Below, piece by piece: positions 1 to 8,065 of a stretch of DNA of 60,966 nt. This DNA is from Verrucomicrobiota bacterium (GTDB lineage Bacteria > Verrucomicrobiota > Kiritimatiellia > JAAZAB01). The notes under the pieces were generated by a model. It was not told the origin of the DNA. It saw only the letters and a list, made by a program, of their open reading frames with translations, and did no database searches. The position numbers and the translations under genes are program-made. The stretch's first letter is position 1; every line of letters starts with the position of its first letter. The stretch is from positions 1 through 60,966 of the forward strand of contig JBDRJR010000051.1 of assembly GCA_043814705.1 (NCBI GenBank), written 5' to 3'.

Positions 1-140
1 GGGTCGGAACAGAATAAACACAGATGGGAAAAACCGGAACTGCGGTTTTGATAATGGTCCTTCATAGCCCTCGGTTTTATTGGGGTTTTCCCACAGTCAA
101 TAGCCCACAGCCCTCAGCCCAAGCATCCTATGGGATGCTA
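1..140. repeat. 140-bp dispersed repeat, copy A
   Basis: 138/140 identical to 53316-53455, same orientation. Contains hairpins AAAACCG-n6-CGGTTTT and AGCATCC-tat-GGGATGCT. Confidence 0.95.
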
Positions 141-234
141 ATGTTTCATAAACTATAGTTTCGGTTTTTCGCCAATGTGTTTGATTGATTCCGACCCACA
201 ACCTACGGCCCAAACTGCTACAGTCTCGGCGCAC

Positions 235-441
235 CTATGGGACACCAATGATTTCATTGTATTCCCGCACATCCTCTTCGGACCATTTGCGGATGGCGAA
301 ACCGGCATGCAGCAGGACATAATCGCCGATTTGCGGGTCCTTGATAAACGACACCACCGCCGTCCGGCGCACGCCGTCCATCTCGACGACGGCCTCCTCG
401 CCGTTAATTGCGATGATTTTTGCTGGAACTGCTAAACACAT
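235..441 (-). CDS. hypC: [NiFe]-hydrogenase maturation chaperone HypC/HupF
   Basis: 68-aa ORF beginning MCLAVPAKI (conserved Cys2 N-terminus of HypC). ATG at 441. Lies directly downstream of hypF on the same strand. Confidence 0.9.
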   Translation of the reverse strand: MCLAVPAKIIAINGEEAVVEMDGVRRTAVVSFIKDPQIGDYVLLHAGFAIRKWSEEDVREYNEIIGVP

Positions 442-661
442 TTTTGAATTTTCGATTTTCGATTGCCGATTGCCGACTTATCCGCCGGAACGGTATTGCG
501 CGAAAATGTTGCTTGCTTTCTTACAAATTACCATTCATCCGTCTTTTGTCTTCTCCGGTCCGGCGTCTGTCGTCCGTCCTCTGTCCTCCCTCCGCCTTCA
601 GTCTACAGCCTACAGTCTACTTTATTCTTCATTCTGCATTCTGCATTCTGCATTCTGCATT
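442..661. repeat. Mosaic of simple word repeats between hypC and hypF
   Basis: Blocks TTTCGA/TTGCCGA (445-478), GTCNGTC-type (541-597), CTACAGN (598-620), CATTCTG x4.4 (630-660). Confidence 0.85.
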
Positions 662-3150
662 TTCTTAAGCGCCACCGCCGCCTGGCCGAGTGCAATCCCG
701 CCGTCATTAGGCGGCACAAGATGATGACTATAAACCTGGAACCCGCGCCGACGCAAATCATTTGTGATAAGCGTCAGTATCAAGTCATTCTGGAACACGC
801 CGCCGGACAACGCCACCCGCTCCAGCCGGGATGCCGGCTCCAGCCGGGATGCCGGCTCCAGCCGGGATGCCGGCTCCAGCCGAGATGTCGGCTCCAGCCG
901 CTCGCGATCCCGAATCCGGTTACACATCTCGCCAACCGCATCCGTTATCGTTTGGTAGAACCCGCCCGCGATGCGGCCAATAGCGACGTTTGCGCGCCGA
1001 TCGGCGATAATCGCCCGGATGGCCGGGCCGAACGAAAGCTGGATCCCGTCAGTTTGAATTGCGATTTCATAGGGATATGGTGGAACTCCATCCGGCCGAG
1101 CCAGGGTTTGCAGGCGAATGGCCGCCTGGGCCTCGTAAGTAATGTTCTCCCCCAACCCGAGTAGCGCGGCCACGGCATCGAACAAGCGCCCGGCGCTGGA
1201 AGTCCAGGGAGCATTGATCCCCTGCGCAATCATTCCGGCCAACACCCTGCATTCGTTTTCAGCCAGACCGGGCAGTAAGGCCGGCAGATCACGACGGTTG
1301 TTTTCCGTCAGTTCGGCCAGCCCATAACTGAACGCCATGCGCGCGGGCTGACGAACCGCCTCATCCCCGCCCGGCATCCGATAAGATTTAAAATGACCGA
1401 CCCTGCGGAATCCGGCCAAATCGGCCGCCAGGAATTCACCACCCCAGATCGTTCCGTCCAGCCCGTAGCCTGTTCCATCCAACGCCACGCCGATGACTTT
1501 TCCCGTGAGCCCGTGTTCCGCAATACAGGCGGCAATGTGCGCGTGGTGATGCTGGACGCCAATCCGGCGGACGTCTGCCAGGGCCAATGCATATCTGGTT
1601 GCCAGGTAATCCGGGTGCAAATCGTGAGCTATGATTTTCGGTTTTACCTTCAACAGGGTTAAAAAATCAGCCACGGTTTCCCGGAAAAACCGATACGCCC
1701 GGTAATCATTTAAGTCCCCGATATGCTGGGAAAGAAAAGCCTGGTCGCCGCGTGTCACGCACACTGTGTTTTTCAGTTCCGCGCCGCAAGCTAATACCAT
1801 CGGCCCTTCCAGGGGAAGACGAATGGCATCGGGCACAACCCCGCGCGAGCGCCGCAGAAATAAGCTTTGCCCCGCGACAATCTTCAGCACCGAATCATCG
1901 CTCCGCCGCACGATGGCACGGTTGTGAATGAGCGCGGCATCGGCCACGGACCCCAAAATAGCGTTCAATTCCTGTTCGTCTTTGACGATCGGTTCTTCCG
2001 CCAGGTTGCCGCTGGTCATAATCAGCGGACTTATCTGCGCCAGCAAAAGGTAATGCAGGGGCGTATACGGCAGAAAGGCGCCCAGGTCATCCGTATCCGG
2101 TGATATCAGTCGTGATAAACCACCGCCCGGTTTCCGGCGCACCACGACAATGGGCGCTACGGGACCGGTCAGTTCCCGTTCCTCGTTGGCGCCGACTTCA
2201 CAATACTGGCGGATCTGATCCAAACCGGCGAACATGACGGCCAGCGACTTGGCCGGCCGATGTTTGCGCGCGCGCAAACGGCCGAGCACATCGTCGTTCA
2301 TGGCGTCACAGCATAAATGATAGCCCCCCACCCCTTTGACCGCGAGAATTTTTCCCGCCTTGAGAAGTTTGGCCGCTTCCTGTATTGCCTTCGCTTCGTT
2401 CGATGTTCGATGTTGGATGTTCGATGTTGAATGTTTGCTTTCGCTTTCTTCTCCTTCCCGCTCTCCGTCCTCAGCCCTCTGCCCATTCTGCATTCTGCAT
2501 TCTGCATTCTGCATTTGCTTTGCAATCAGCTCCACCCTCGGCCCGCACACCGCGCAGGCGTTCGGCTGGGCATCGAACCGGCGATCAACCGGCTCTTCAA
2601 ATTCCTGCTTGCAATCCGGACACATCTTAAATTCACGCATGCTGGTCCGCTCACGGTCATAGGGCAAATCGCGGATAATGGTCCAACGCGGCCCGCAATT
2701 CGTGCAGTTGATGAACGGATACCCGAACCGGCGGTCATTGGGATCAAACAGTTCCGCGCGACAGTCCGGGCAGATGGCCAGGTCCGGCGGCATCCCGGCC
2801 TGCAAATCGCCGGACCGGCAATCGCCGGACCGGCGATTGCCGGATCGGCGATTGCCGGATCGTCCGCTGGGCTTGATCTCAAAGGGCGCGTGCCGGCCGC
2901 ATGCGGGAATCTCGCTGATCTGGAGCGCTTCGATCCGCGCCTGCCGGGGCGGTTCCGCCTGCAATTGAACCACAAATCGGTCCATCGCCACGGCATCCCC
3001 TTCCGCTTCAATCACCACGCCCAACGGTGTGTTGCGGACAAAACCGGAGAGACCCAGGGCCACCGCCTGGCGATAGACCGTCGGCCGGAATCCAACCCCC
3101 TGGACACGTCCCGTCACTTCAACCCGCATGCGTTTAATATTCAAGGGCAT
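622..3150 (-). CDS. hypF: Carbamoyltransferase HypF (hydrogenase maturation)
   Basis: Acylphosphatase-like VTGRVQGVGFRP. Two CxxC..CxxC zinc fingers (CPDCRAEL..CTNCGPR; CPDCKQEF..CAVCGPR). YrdC-like KGVGGYHLCCDA and a Kae1-like C-terminal half. The ORF is open to 3327, but the ATG at 3150 (MPLNIKRMRVEVTG) fits the family N-terminus; 3129 is an alternative. Confidence 0.9.
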   Translation of the reverse strand: MPLNIKRMRVEVTGRVQGVGFRPTVYRQAVALGLSGFVRNTPLGVVIEAEGDAVAMDRFVVQLQAEPPRQARIEALQISEIPACGRHAPFEIKPSGRSGNRRSGNRRSGDCRSGDLQAGMPPDLAICPDCRAELFDPNDRRFGYPFINCTNCGPRWTIIRDLPYDRERTSMREFKMCPDCKQEFEEPVDRRFDAQPNACAVCGPRVELIAKQMQNAECRMQNGQRAEDGEREGEESESKHSTSNIQHRTSNEAKAIQEAAKLLKAGKILAVKGVGGYHLCCDAMNDDVLGRLRARKHRPAKSLAVMFAGLDQIRQYCEVGANEERELTGPVAPIVVVRRKPGGGLSRLISPDTDDLGAFLPYTPLHYLLLAQISPLIMTSGNLAEEPIVKDEQELNAILGSVADAALIHNRAIVRRSDDSVLKIVAGQSLFLRRSRGVVPDAIRLPLEGPMVLACGAELKNTVCVTRGDQAFLSQHIGDLNDYRAYRFFRETVADFLTLLKVKPKIIAHDLHPDYLATRYALALADVRRIGVQHHHAHIAACIAEHGLTGKVIGVALDGTGYGLDGTIWGGEFLAADLAGFRRVGHFKSYRMPGGDEAVRQPARMAFSYGLAELTENNRRDLPALLPGLAENECRVLAGMIAQGINAPWTSSAGRLFDAVAALLGLGENITYEAQAAIRLQTLARPDGVPPYPYEIAIQTDGIQLSFGPAIRAIIADRRANVAIGRIAGGFYQTITDAVGEMCNRIRDRERLEPTSRLEPASRLEPASRLEPASRLERVALSGGVFQNDLILTLITNDLRRRGFQVYSHHLVPPNDGGIALGQAAVALKKMQNAECRMQNEE
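819..900. repeat. 18-bp tandem repeat x4.5 inside hypF
   Basis: GCTCCAGCCGGGATGCCG x3, one variant, one partial. Encodes (EPASRL)n. Confidence 0.95.
2397..2514. repeat. Word-repeat mosaic inside hypF (GATGTTN array + CATTCTG x4.4)
   Basis: 2397-2435 CGATGTTCGATGTTGGATGTTCGATGTTGAATGTT; 2484-2514 heptamer tract. Confidence 0.9.
2805..2862. repeat. Palindromic CCGGCAATCGCCGG / CCGGCGATTGCCGG array inside hypF
   Basis: Read directly. Encodes SGRSGNRRSGNRRSGDCRSGD on the minus strand. Confidence 0.9.
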
Positions 3151-3344
3151 ACCGTAAAATATAGTTGCACCGATTTTATAATTATGCGTTTGCCGGAATA
3201 AAATTTCAAGACTTCTTTGCTTGACCCCGGCACGGCTGAAAGGCCGGTAAAAACAGCCGGTAAAAACAGCTTGCCGTTCACGCGCAAAGCCCGTATCATG
3301 CCTGGATCGAAACGATCCGCAGTCCATTTCTCCGGAGGGATGTT

Positions 3345-5543
3345 ATGCAATTGACGTTAAAACATAAAATCGTCTGGCTCGCCGCGCTGGCGGCCGCATT
3401 GCCGGTGCTCGTGATGTCCCTGCTTATCCTGATCCAGAAGCAGGACCTGATGACAAATATTATTAACGACATGAACCTGATCTCCAAGAGCGATACCGGC
3501 CAGATCGCGAAATTAGTTTATCGAATGTGCGCCATGGCCAACTACCGCACGGAGCGGCGTTTACGCGAACACATGGAAGCCGCGGGGGCCGAACTAAAGG
3601 CACAGGGGCCGATTGCGTTTGACACCAACCAGGTGGCCTGGGCCGCGCACAACCAATTCAACCGGCAGGCCACCAATGTGTCCCTGCCTTTGATGATGTT
3701 GGGCACCTTGGCGCTGGCGCCGAACACCGATTTCAAGGTGCCAAGCCCGGTTGTGGATGTGGTCACTAAGTTTGCGCAATGTTACTGCACCATTTTCCAG
3801 CGCATGAACGAAGAAGGCGACATGTTGCGGGTAGCCACGACGGTGCCGGGGGCTGACGGCACGCGGGCGATCGGCACGTTTATCGCACACCACAACGCCC
3901 AGGGCGAAGAGACGCCGGTGCTGGCCGCCGTGTTAAAAGGTGAAACTTACGTCGGTCGCGCCCGGGTGCTTGACCAATGGCATGCCGCCGCCTACGAACC
4001 AATCTGGGATTCCCCGGCCAAAAAGCGGGTGGTTGGCATGCTCTACGTGGGCTTCAACCTTGACAAGGTCAACCAGGAACTGCGCGAGGCCATTCTGTCA
4101 ATTATCGTGGGTAAAACCGGTTATGTTTACGTGCTCGGCGGCAAGGGTGAACATCGCGGGCATTACATCATTTCCAAGGACGGCGCAAGCGATGGCACGG
4201 ATATCTGGGATTCCAAAGACCCGCATGGCAATTATTTCATCCGGGCAATCATTGCCCATGGCTTGGAAACCACCAATGGTTCCATAGCCTATCAGCGTTA
4301 TCCTTGGCAGAACAAGGACGAATCGGCGCCGCGCATGAAAGTGGCCGCCGCAACGTATTTTCCGGCTTGGGACTGGGTCATTGCCGCCGGCATGTATGAA
4401 GATGACTACCACGGCGTGCTGGATCAGCTTGATGCCGCCGTGGATCGTCTCCTGCTGGTCGGCCCCCTGGGCGGCCTCATCGTCCTGTTGCTGGCGATCG
4501 GACTGGCTGTGTTGATCGGCACGGCCATCGCCAAACCAATCAATAAAATTATTGCCGTGGCCAAGGTTATTGCCGAAGGCAACCTGGCCGAAGCCGGCCA
4601 CACCATCGCGGCCATGCAATCGGCCATGCAGCAAAAAACGAAGGATGAACCTTCCCGGTTGTTTGACGCCGTCTGCCTCATGACCAAGCGCCTGACTTCG
4701 CTGGTTGGCCAGGTTCAACGGTCGAGCGTGCAATTGGTGTCCACCGCCACGGAAATTGCCGCCGCCGCCCGCCAGCAAGAAGCCTCCGTGACGGAATTCG
4801 GCGCATCCACCACGGAAGTTACGGCCGCCGTCAAGGAAATCTCGGCCACCTCGCAGGAACTGGTCCGGACTATGCAGGATGTCAAGACCGTATCCGCCGA
4901 AACGGAAGGCCTGGCCGATACCGGCCGCACCGGGCTGACCGGCATGGAAGTTTCCATGCGCCAGCTCGCCGAGGCGACTGCCGCCATTTCCGCGCGCCTG
5001 GCGGTGATTAACGAGAAGGCCAACGCCATCAACAGCATGGTAACCACGATCACCAAGGTGGCCGATCAGACCAACCTGTTGTCGCTCAACGCCGCCATTG
5101 AGGCGGAAAAGGCCGGCGAATATGGACTCGGATTCTCGGTTGTGGCGCGCGAAATCCGGCGCCTGGCTGACCAGACCGCAGTCGCTTCGCTGGAAATTGA
5201 TCAGACCGTCCGCGAAATGCAGACTTCCGTGACCGCCGGGGTCATGGAAATGGACAAGTTCACCGGCGAAGTCACGCAGGGGGTTCACGCGGTCAGCGAG
5301 ATCGGCGTGCAGATGGGCCGGATCATCGAACAGGTCAAGGTGCTGACCCCGCGGTTTGAATCGGTCAATGAAGGCATGCAAGCGCAATCATCGGGGGCGC
5401 GCCAAATCAGCGAAGCCATGACCCAGTTAAGCGAAGGCGCGCACCAAACCAGGGAATCACTCCGCCAGTTTAACGAGGCCACGGAGCAATTGAAGGAAGC
5501 CGCCCGCGGCCTCCAGCAGGAAGCGGCCCAGTTTAAAGTGTAA
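3345..5543 (+). CDS. Methyl-accepting chemotaxis protein with large periplasmic Cache-like sensor (WspA position)
   Basis: N-terminal TM, ~350-aa extracytoplasmic region, second TM, HAMP. Signalling hairpin motif ADQTNLLSLNAAIEAEKAGEYGLGFSVVAREIRRLADQTA. GGAGGGA RBS precedes the ATG at 3345. Confidence 0.9.
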   Translation: MQLTLKHKIVWLAALAAALPVLVMSLLILIQKQDLMTNIINDMNLISKSDTGQIAKLVYRMCAMANYRTERRLREHMEAAGAELKAQGPIAFDTNQVAWAAHNQFNRQATNVSLPLMMLGTLALAPNTDFKVPSPVVDVVTKFAQCYCTIFQRMNEEGDMLRVATTVPGADGTRAIGTFIAHHNAQGEETPVLAAVLKGETYVGRARVLDQWHAAAYEPIWDSPAKKRVVGMLYVGFNLDKVNQELREAILSIIVGKTGYVYVLGGKGEHRGHYIISKDGASDGTDIWDSKDPHGNYFIRAIIAHGLETTNGSIAYQRYPWQNKDESAPRMKVAAATYFPAWDWVIAAGMYEDDYHGVLDQLDAAVDRLLLVGPLGGLIVLLLAIGLAVLIGTAIAKPINKIIAVAKVIAEGNLAEAGHTIAAMQSAMQQKTKDEPSRLFDAVCLMTKRLTSLVGQVQRSSVQLVSTATEIAAAARQQEASVTEFGASTTEVTAAVKEISATSQELVRTMQDVKTVSAETEGLADTGRTGLTGMEVSMRQLAEATAAISARLAVINEKANAINSMVTTITKVADQTNLLSLNAAIEAEKAGEYGLGFSVVAREIRRLADQTAVASLEIDQTVREMQTSVTAGVMEMDKFTGEVTQGVHAVSEIGVQMGRIIEQVKVLTPRFESVNEGMQAQSSGARQISEAMTQLSEGAHQTRESLRQFNEATEQLKEAARGLQQEAAQFKV

Positions 5544-5548
5544 CTAAG

Positions 5549-5634
5549 AGTATGGGGGTATGGGTGTTTGGGTGTATCGGGGTACAAATATTTTTCCGTT
5601 ACTCCCATACCCCACTACGCTCAAACTCCCATAC
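5549..5634. repeat. Intercistronic long hairpin with TATGGGNG word arms (MCP1/MCP2 spacer)
   Basis: Left arm GTATGGGGGTATGGGTGTTTGGGTGTATCGGGGTAC, loop ~14 nt, right arm TACTCCCATACCCCACTACGCTCAAACTCCCATAC. Confidence 0.85.
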
Positions 5635-5658
5635 GAAAACGCAAGCAGGGATACGGCC

Positions 5659-7596
5659 ATGAAAACCATCAGCGTGCGGACCAAGATTGTCGTCCCGACC
5701 ATCCTGTTGTTCATCCTCAGCCTGGGCGCCTCAACATGGCTGACCTATCGTGTGTCGCGCGATGCCATGGAACAGGCCGCCGTGGATTCCATGAATCGGA
5801 TGGCCGATTCCACGATCAAAAGCATTTCAGCCTGGATCGGCGAACGCCAACGCGACTTGCTGTTGTGGAGCGACGTAGCGTTATGCAAGAACATCGTTGG
5901 CGCGGCCGCACCCACTCCCAATATGGTTTCCGATGGCATGGAACTGCTCAAACGATTCAACCTTAATGCCCCCTATTATGAAACACTCGTGCTCGTGGAC
6001 CGGCAGGGCAATGCCATCTGCTCGACCGCCCCGCAGGACGCCCAGACGTTCAACGTCGCCGAGCGTGATTATTTTCAACAGGCCATGCTCGGCGCAGTTG
6101 CCGTCTCTGAAGTCATTCGCAGTAAGGTTTCCGACAATCCGGTAATTGTTGTGGCCGTGCCCGTGCTGGTCGGCAAGAAGCCCTGCGGCGTACTCCTGGG
6201 CGCATTGGACTTGAAATCATTCACGGACAAGTTTGTAAAACCGGTTAAAATCGGGCCTTCGGGCTATGTCTTTGTGACCGATCGCCGGGGCGTCATCTGC
6301 TCGCATCCGGATTCCGCCCTGGTCATGGCGACTAACCTGGCCAGCCTGGCTTTCGGCCCGGAAATCATGAAGAATAAAAACGGCAGTATGCGCTATACCT
6401 ATAAGCGCGAAGAGGTCTTGGCGGCCTATCGCACCGATCCGGTCTTCGGCTGGATCGTGGTCGCGCGCGCGCTGGCAAGCGAGGTTATGACCTCGACGCA
6501 TACCATCCGCAACCTGAATTTAATGGTGGGATTGTCCGCCATTCTGCTGACGACCCTGGTTCTGCTGGTGCTGTCCAAATCCATCTCGCACACGATCACG
6601 GACCTGGCAGGCGTAGCCGGCTTGATCACGCACGGCCGCCTCGCCGATGCCCGCCAGGCAATCGCGCAAATCAATCGGCGCCGCCGCCCGCCACGGGATG
6701 AAACGGGCCAGCTCTGGCATTCCATGTCGGCCATGGCCGACAGCCTGAATTCGCTGGTAGGCCAGGTTCAACAGTTAAGCGTCCAGCTGGTATCAACCGC
6801 CGCGGAAATTGAAATCGCCGCGCGGGAACAGGAGTCGGTCACCACCGCTTTCAGCGCCTCGACCACGCAGGTGGTCACGGCGGCCACGCAAATATCGGCC
6901 ACGTCCCAGGAGCTTTCCAAAACCATGGAAACGGTGAAAAATGTGGCTGAAGGCACCGTCACGCTGGCCGATACCGGCCGCGCAAGCTTGACCGGCATGG
7001 AGATTTCCATCCGGCAATTGATGAAGGCCGCCAATTCCATTTCCGGCAAGCTGGCGGCCATCAACCTGAAAGCCGGCACGATCAGCGGGGTAGTGACCAC
7101 AATCACCAAAGTGGCCGATCAGACCAACCTGCTGTCGCTGAATGCCGCGATTGAGGCCGAAAAGGCCGGTCAATACGGCCAGGGTTTCGCAGTTGTCGCC
7201 CGTGAAATTCGCCGGCTGGCGGATCAGACCGCCGTAGCCACGCTTGATATCGAACACATGGTAAAGGAAATGCAGTCGGCCGTGGCCGCCGGCGTCATGG
7301 AGATGGACACGTTCAGCAAAGAAGTCGGCCGCGGCACGGAGGCAATGGAGACCATCAGCCGCCCTCTGGCGGGCATCATTGCACAGGTTAAAGATCTCGC
7401 ACCTAAATTTGAAACGGTCAATGACGGTATGTACGCGCAGTCGCAAGGCGCCCAGCAGATCAGCCAGTCCCTGGCACAGGTAAGTAAAGGCGCCGTCAAA
7501 ACAGCGGAGTCACTGCGGCAATTTAACGAAGTCACTGCGCAGTTACGCGATGCCGCCCAGCGCCTGCAAGCGGAAGTGACGAAATTTAAAGTGTAA
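5659..7596 (+). CDS. Methyl-accepting chemotaxis protein, dCache-type sensor (second receptor)
   Basis: Same signalling motif (ADQTNLLSLNAAIEAEKAGQYGQGFAVVAREIRRLADQTA). Start moved to the ATG at 5659 (MKTISVRTKIVVPTILLFIL) because the 5560-5658 extension is encoded by a repeat hairpin. Confidence 0.88.
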   Translation: MKTISVRTKIVVPTILLFILSLGASTWLTYRVSRDAMEQAAVDSMNRMADSTIKSISAWIGERQRDLLLWSDVALCKNIVGAAAPTPNMVSDGMELLKRFNLNAPYYETLVLVDRQGNAICSTAPQDAQTFNVAERDYFQQAMLGAVAVSEVIRSKVSDNPVIVVAVPVLVGKKPCGVLLGALDLKSFTDKFVKPVKIGPSGYVFVTDRRGVICSHPDSALVMATNLASLAFGPEIMKNKNGSMRYTYKREEVLAAYRTDPVFGWIVVARALASEVMTSTHTIRNLNLMVGLSAILLTTLVLLVLSKSISHTITDLAGVAGLITHGRLADARQAIAQINRRRRPPRDETGQLWHSMSAMADSLNSLVGQVQQLSVQLVSTAAEIEIAAREQESVTTAFSASTTQVVTAATQISATSQELSKTMETVKNVAEGTVTLADTGRASLTGMEISIRQLMKAANSISGKLAAINLKAGTISGVVTTITKVADQTNLLSLNAAIEAEKAGQYGQGFAVVAREIRRLADQTAVATLDIEHMVKEMQSAVAAGVMEMDTFSKEVGRGTEAMETISRPLAGIIAQVKDLAPKFETVNDGMYAQSQGAQQISQSLAQVSKGAVKTAESLRQFNEVTAQLRDAAQRLQAEVTKFKV

Positions 7597-7597
7597 T

Positions 7598-8065
7598 ATG
7601 CTGTTTATCGTCTTTAAAGCGGGAAAGGCCGATTACGCCCTGGAGGCGCGCCGGGTCATTGAGGTGGTTCCACGCGTGGCCTTGCGGACCTGTCCGGGTG
7701 CGCCTGATTATATAACCGGCCTGGCTAATTATCGCGGAACCAGTGTGCCGGTCGTGGATCTCGGCCGTCTGGTTGGCGGCGCACCCTGCGCCGTTTACCT
7801 TAGTACCCGAATCATTCTGACGCCCTATGCCGGAGGAGGCGGCCAACAGCGTGTCATTGGGCTTTTGGCCGAAACGGTGACGAACACCGTGGAACGGGAA
7901 GAAACCGATTTTGGCCAGAACAATGTGGCCGTTCCCGGAACGGCCTGTCTCGGCAAGTTGGCCGTCAATGGCGCCGGATTTATCCAGCGCATTGCGGCCG
8001 ACCAGCTGGTGCCGAAGGAATTAGAACCAATGCTGTTCGCGGAGCCGGGGAAGCCTGCATCATGA
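7598..8065 (+). CDS. cheW: CheW-like coupling protein (WspB position)
   Basis: 155 aa. YALEARRVIEVVP..ITGLANYRGTSVPVVDLGRL is a CheW-fold pattern. Starts 2 nt after the MCP stop. Confidence 0.85.
   Translation: MLFIVFKAGKADYALEARRVIEVVPRVALRTCPGAPDYITGLANYRGTSVPVVDLGRLVGGAPCAVYLSTRIILTPYAGGGGQQRVIGLLAETVTNTVEREETDFGQNNVAVPGTACLGKLAVNGAGFIQRIAADQLVPKELEPMLFAEPGKPAS

Noticed and set aside
4098-5387. Long antisense ORFs on the opposite strand of confidently assigned genes: 429 aa here, plus 2431-3201, 21520-22560, 24167-25186, 37837-38661, 40757-41533, 51066-51914, 54800-55654 and 57041-58033.
   Set aside because: Each lies wholly inside a gene with clear family motifs on the other strand. Their products are Arg/Gly/His-rich low-complexity strings typical of antisense frames in GC-rich DNA. 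No RBS or known motifs.
5560-5658. N-terminal extensions proposed by the ORF track for MCP2 (5560), cheA (10138), ansB (15207), the 25633 ORF, DUF362 (58237), the gspB-like gene (33374), pilMN (35974) and pyrK (44350).
   Set aside because: The extra residues (e.g. MGVWVYRG.., MTPIHPHSHTPI.., ..HGGTKE..) are translations of repeat arms. Internal ATGs give family-typical N-termini, signal peptides or RBS contexts.
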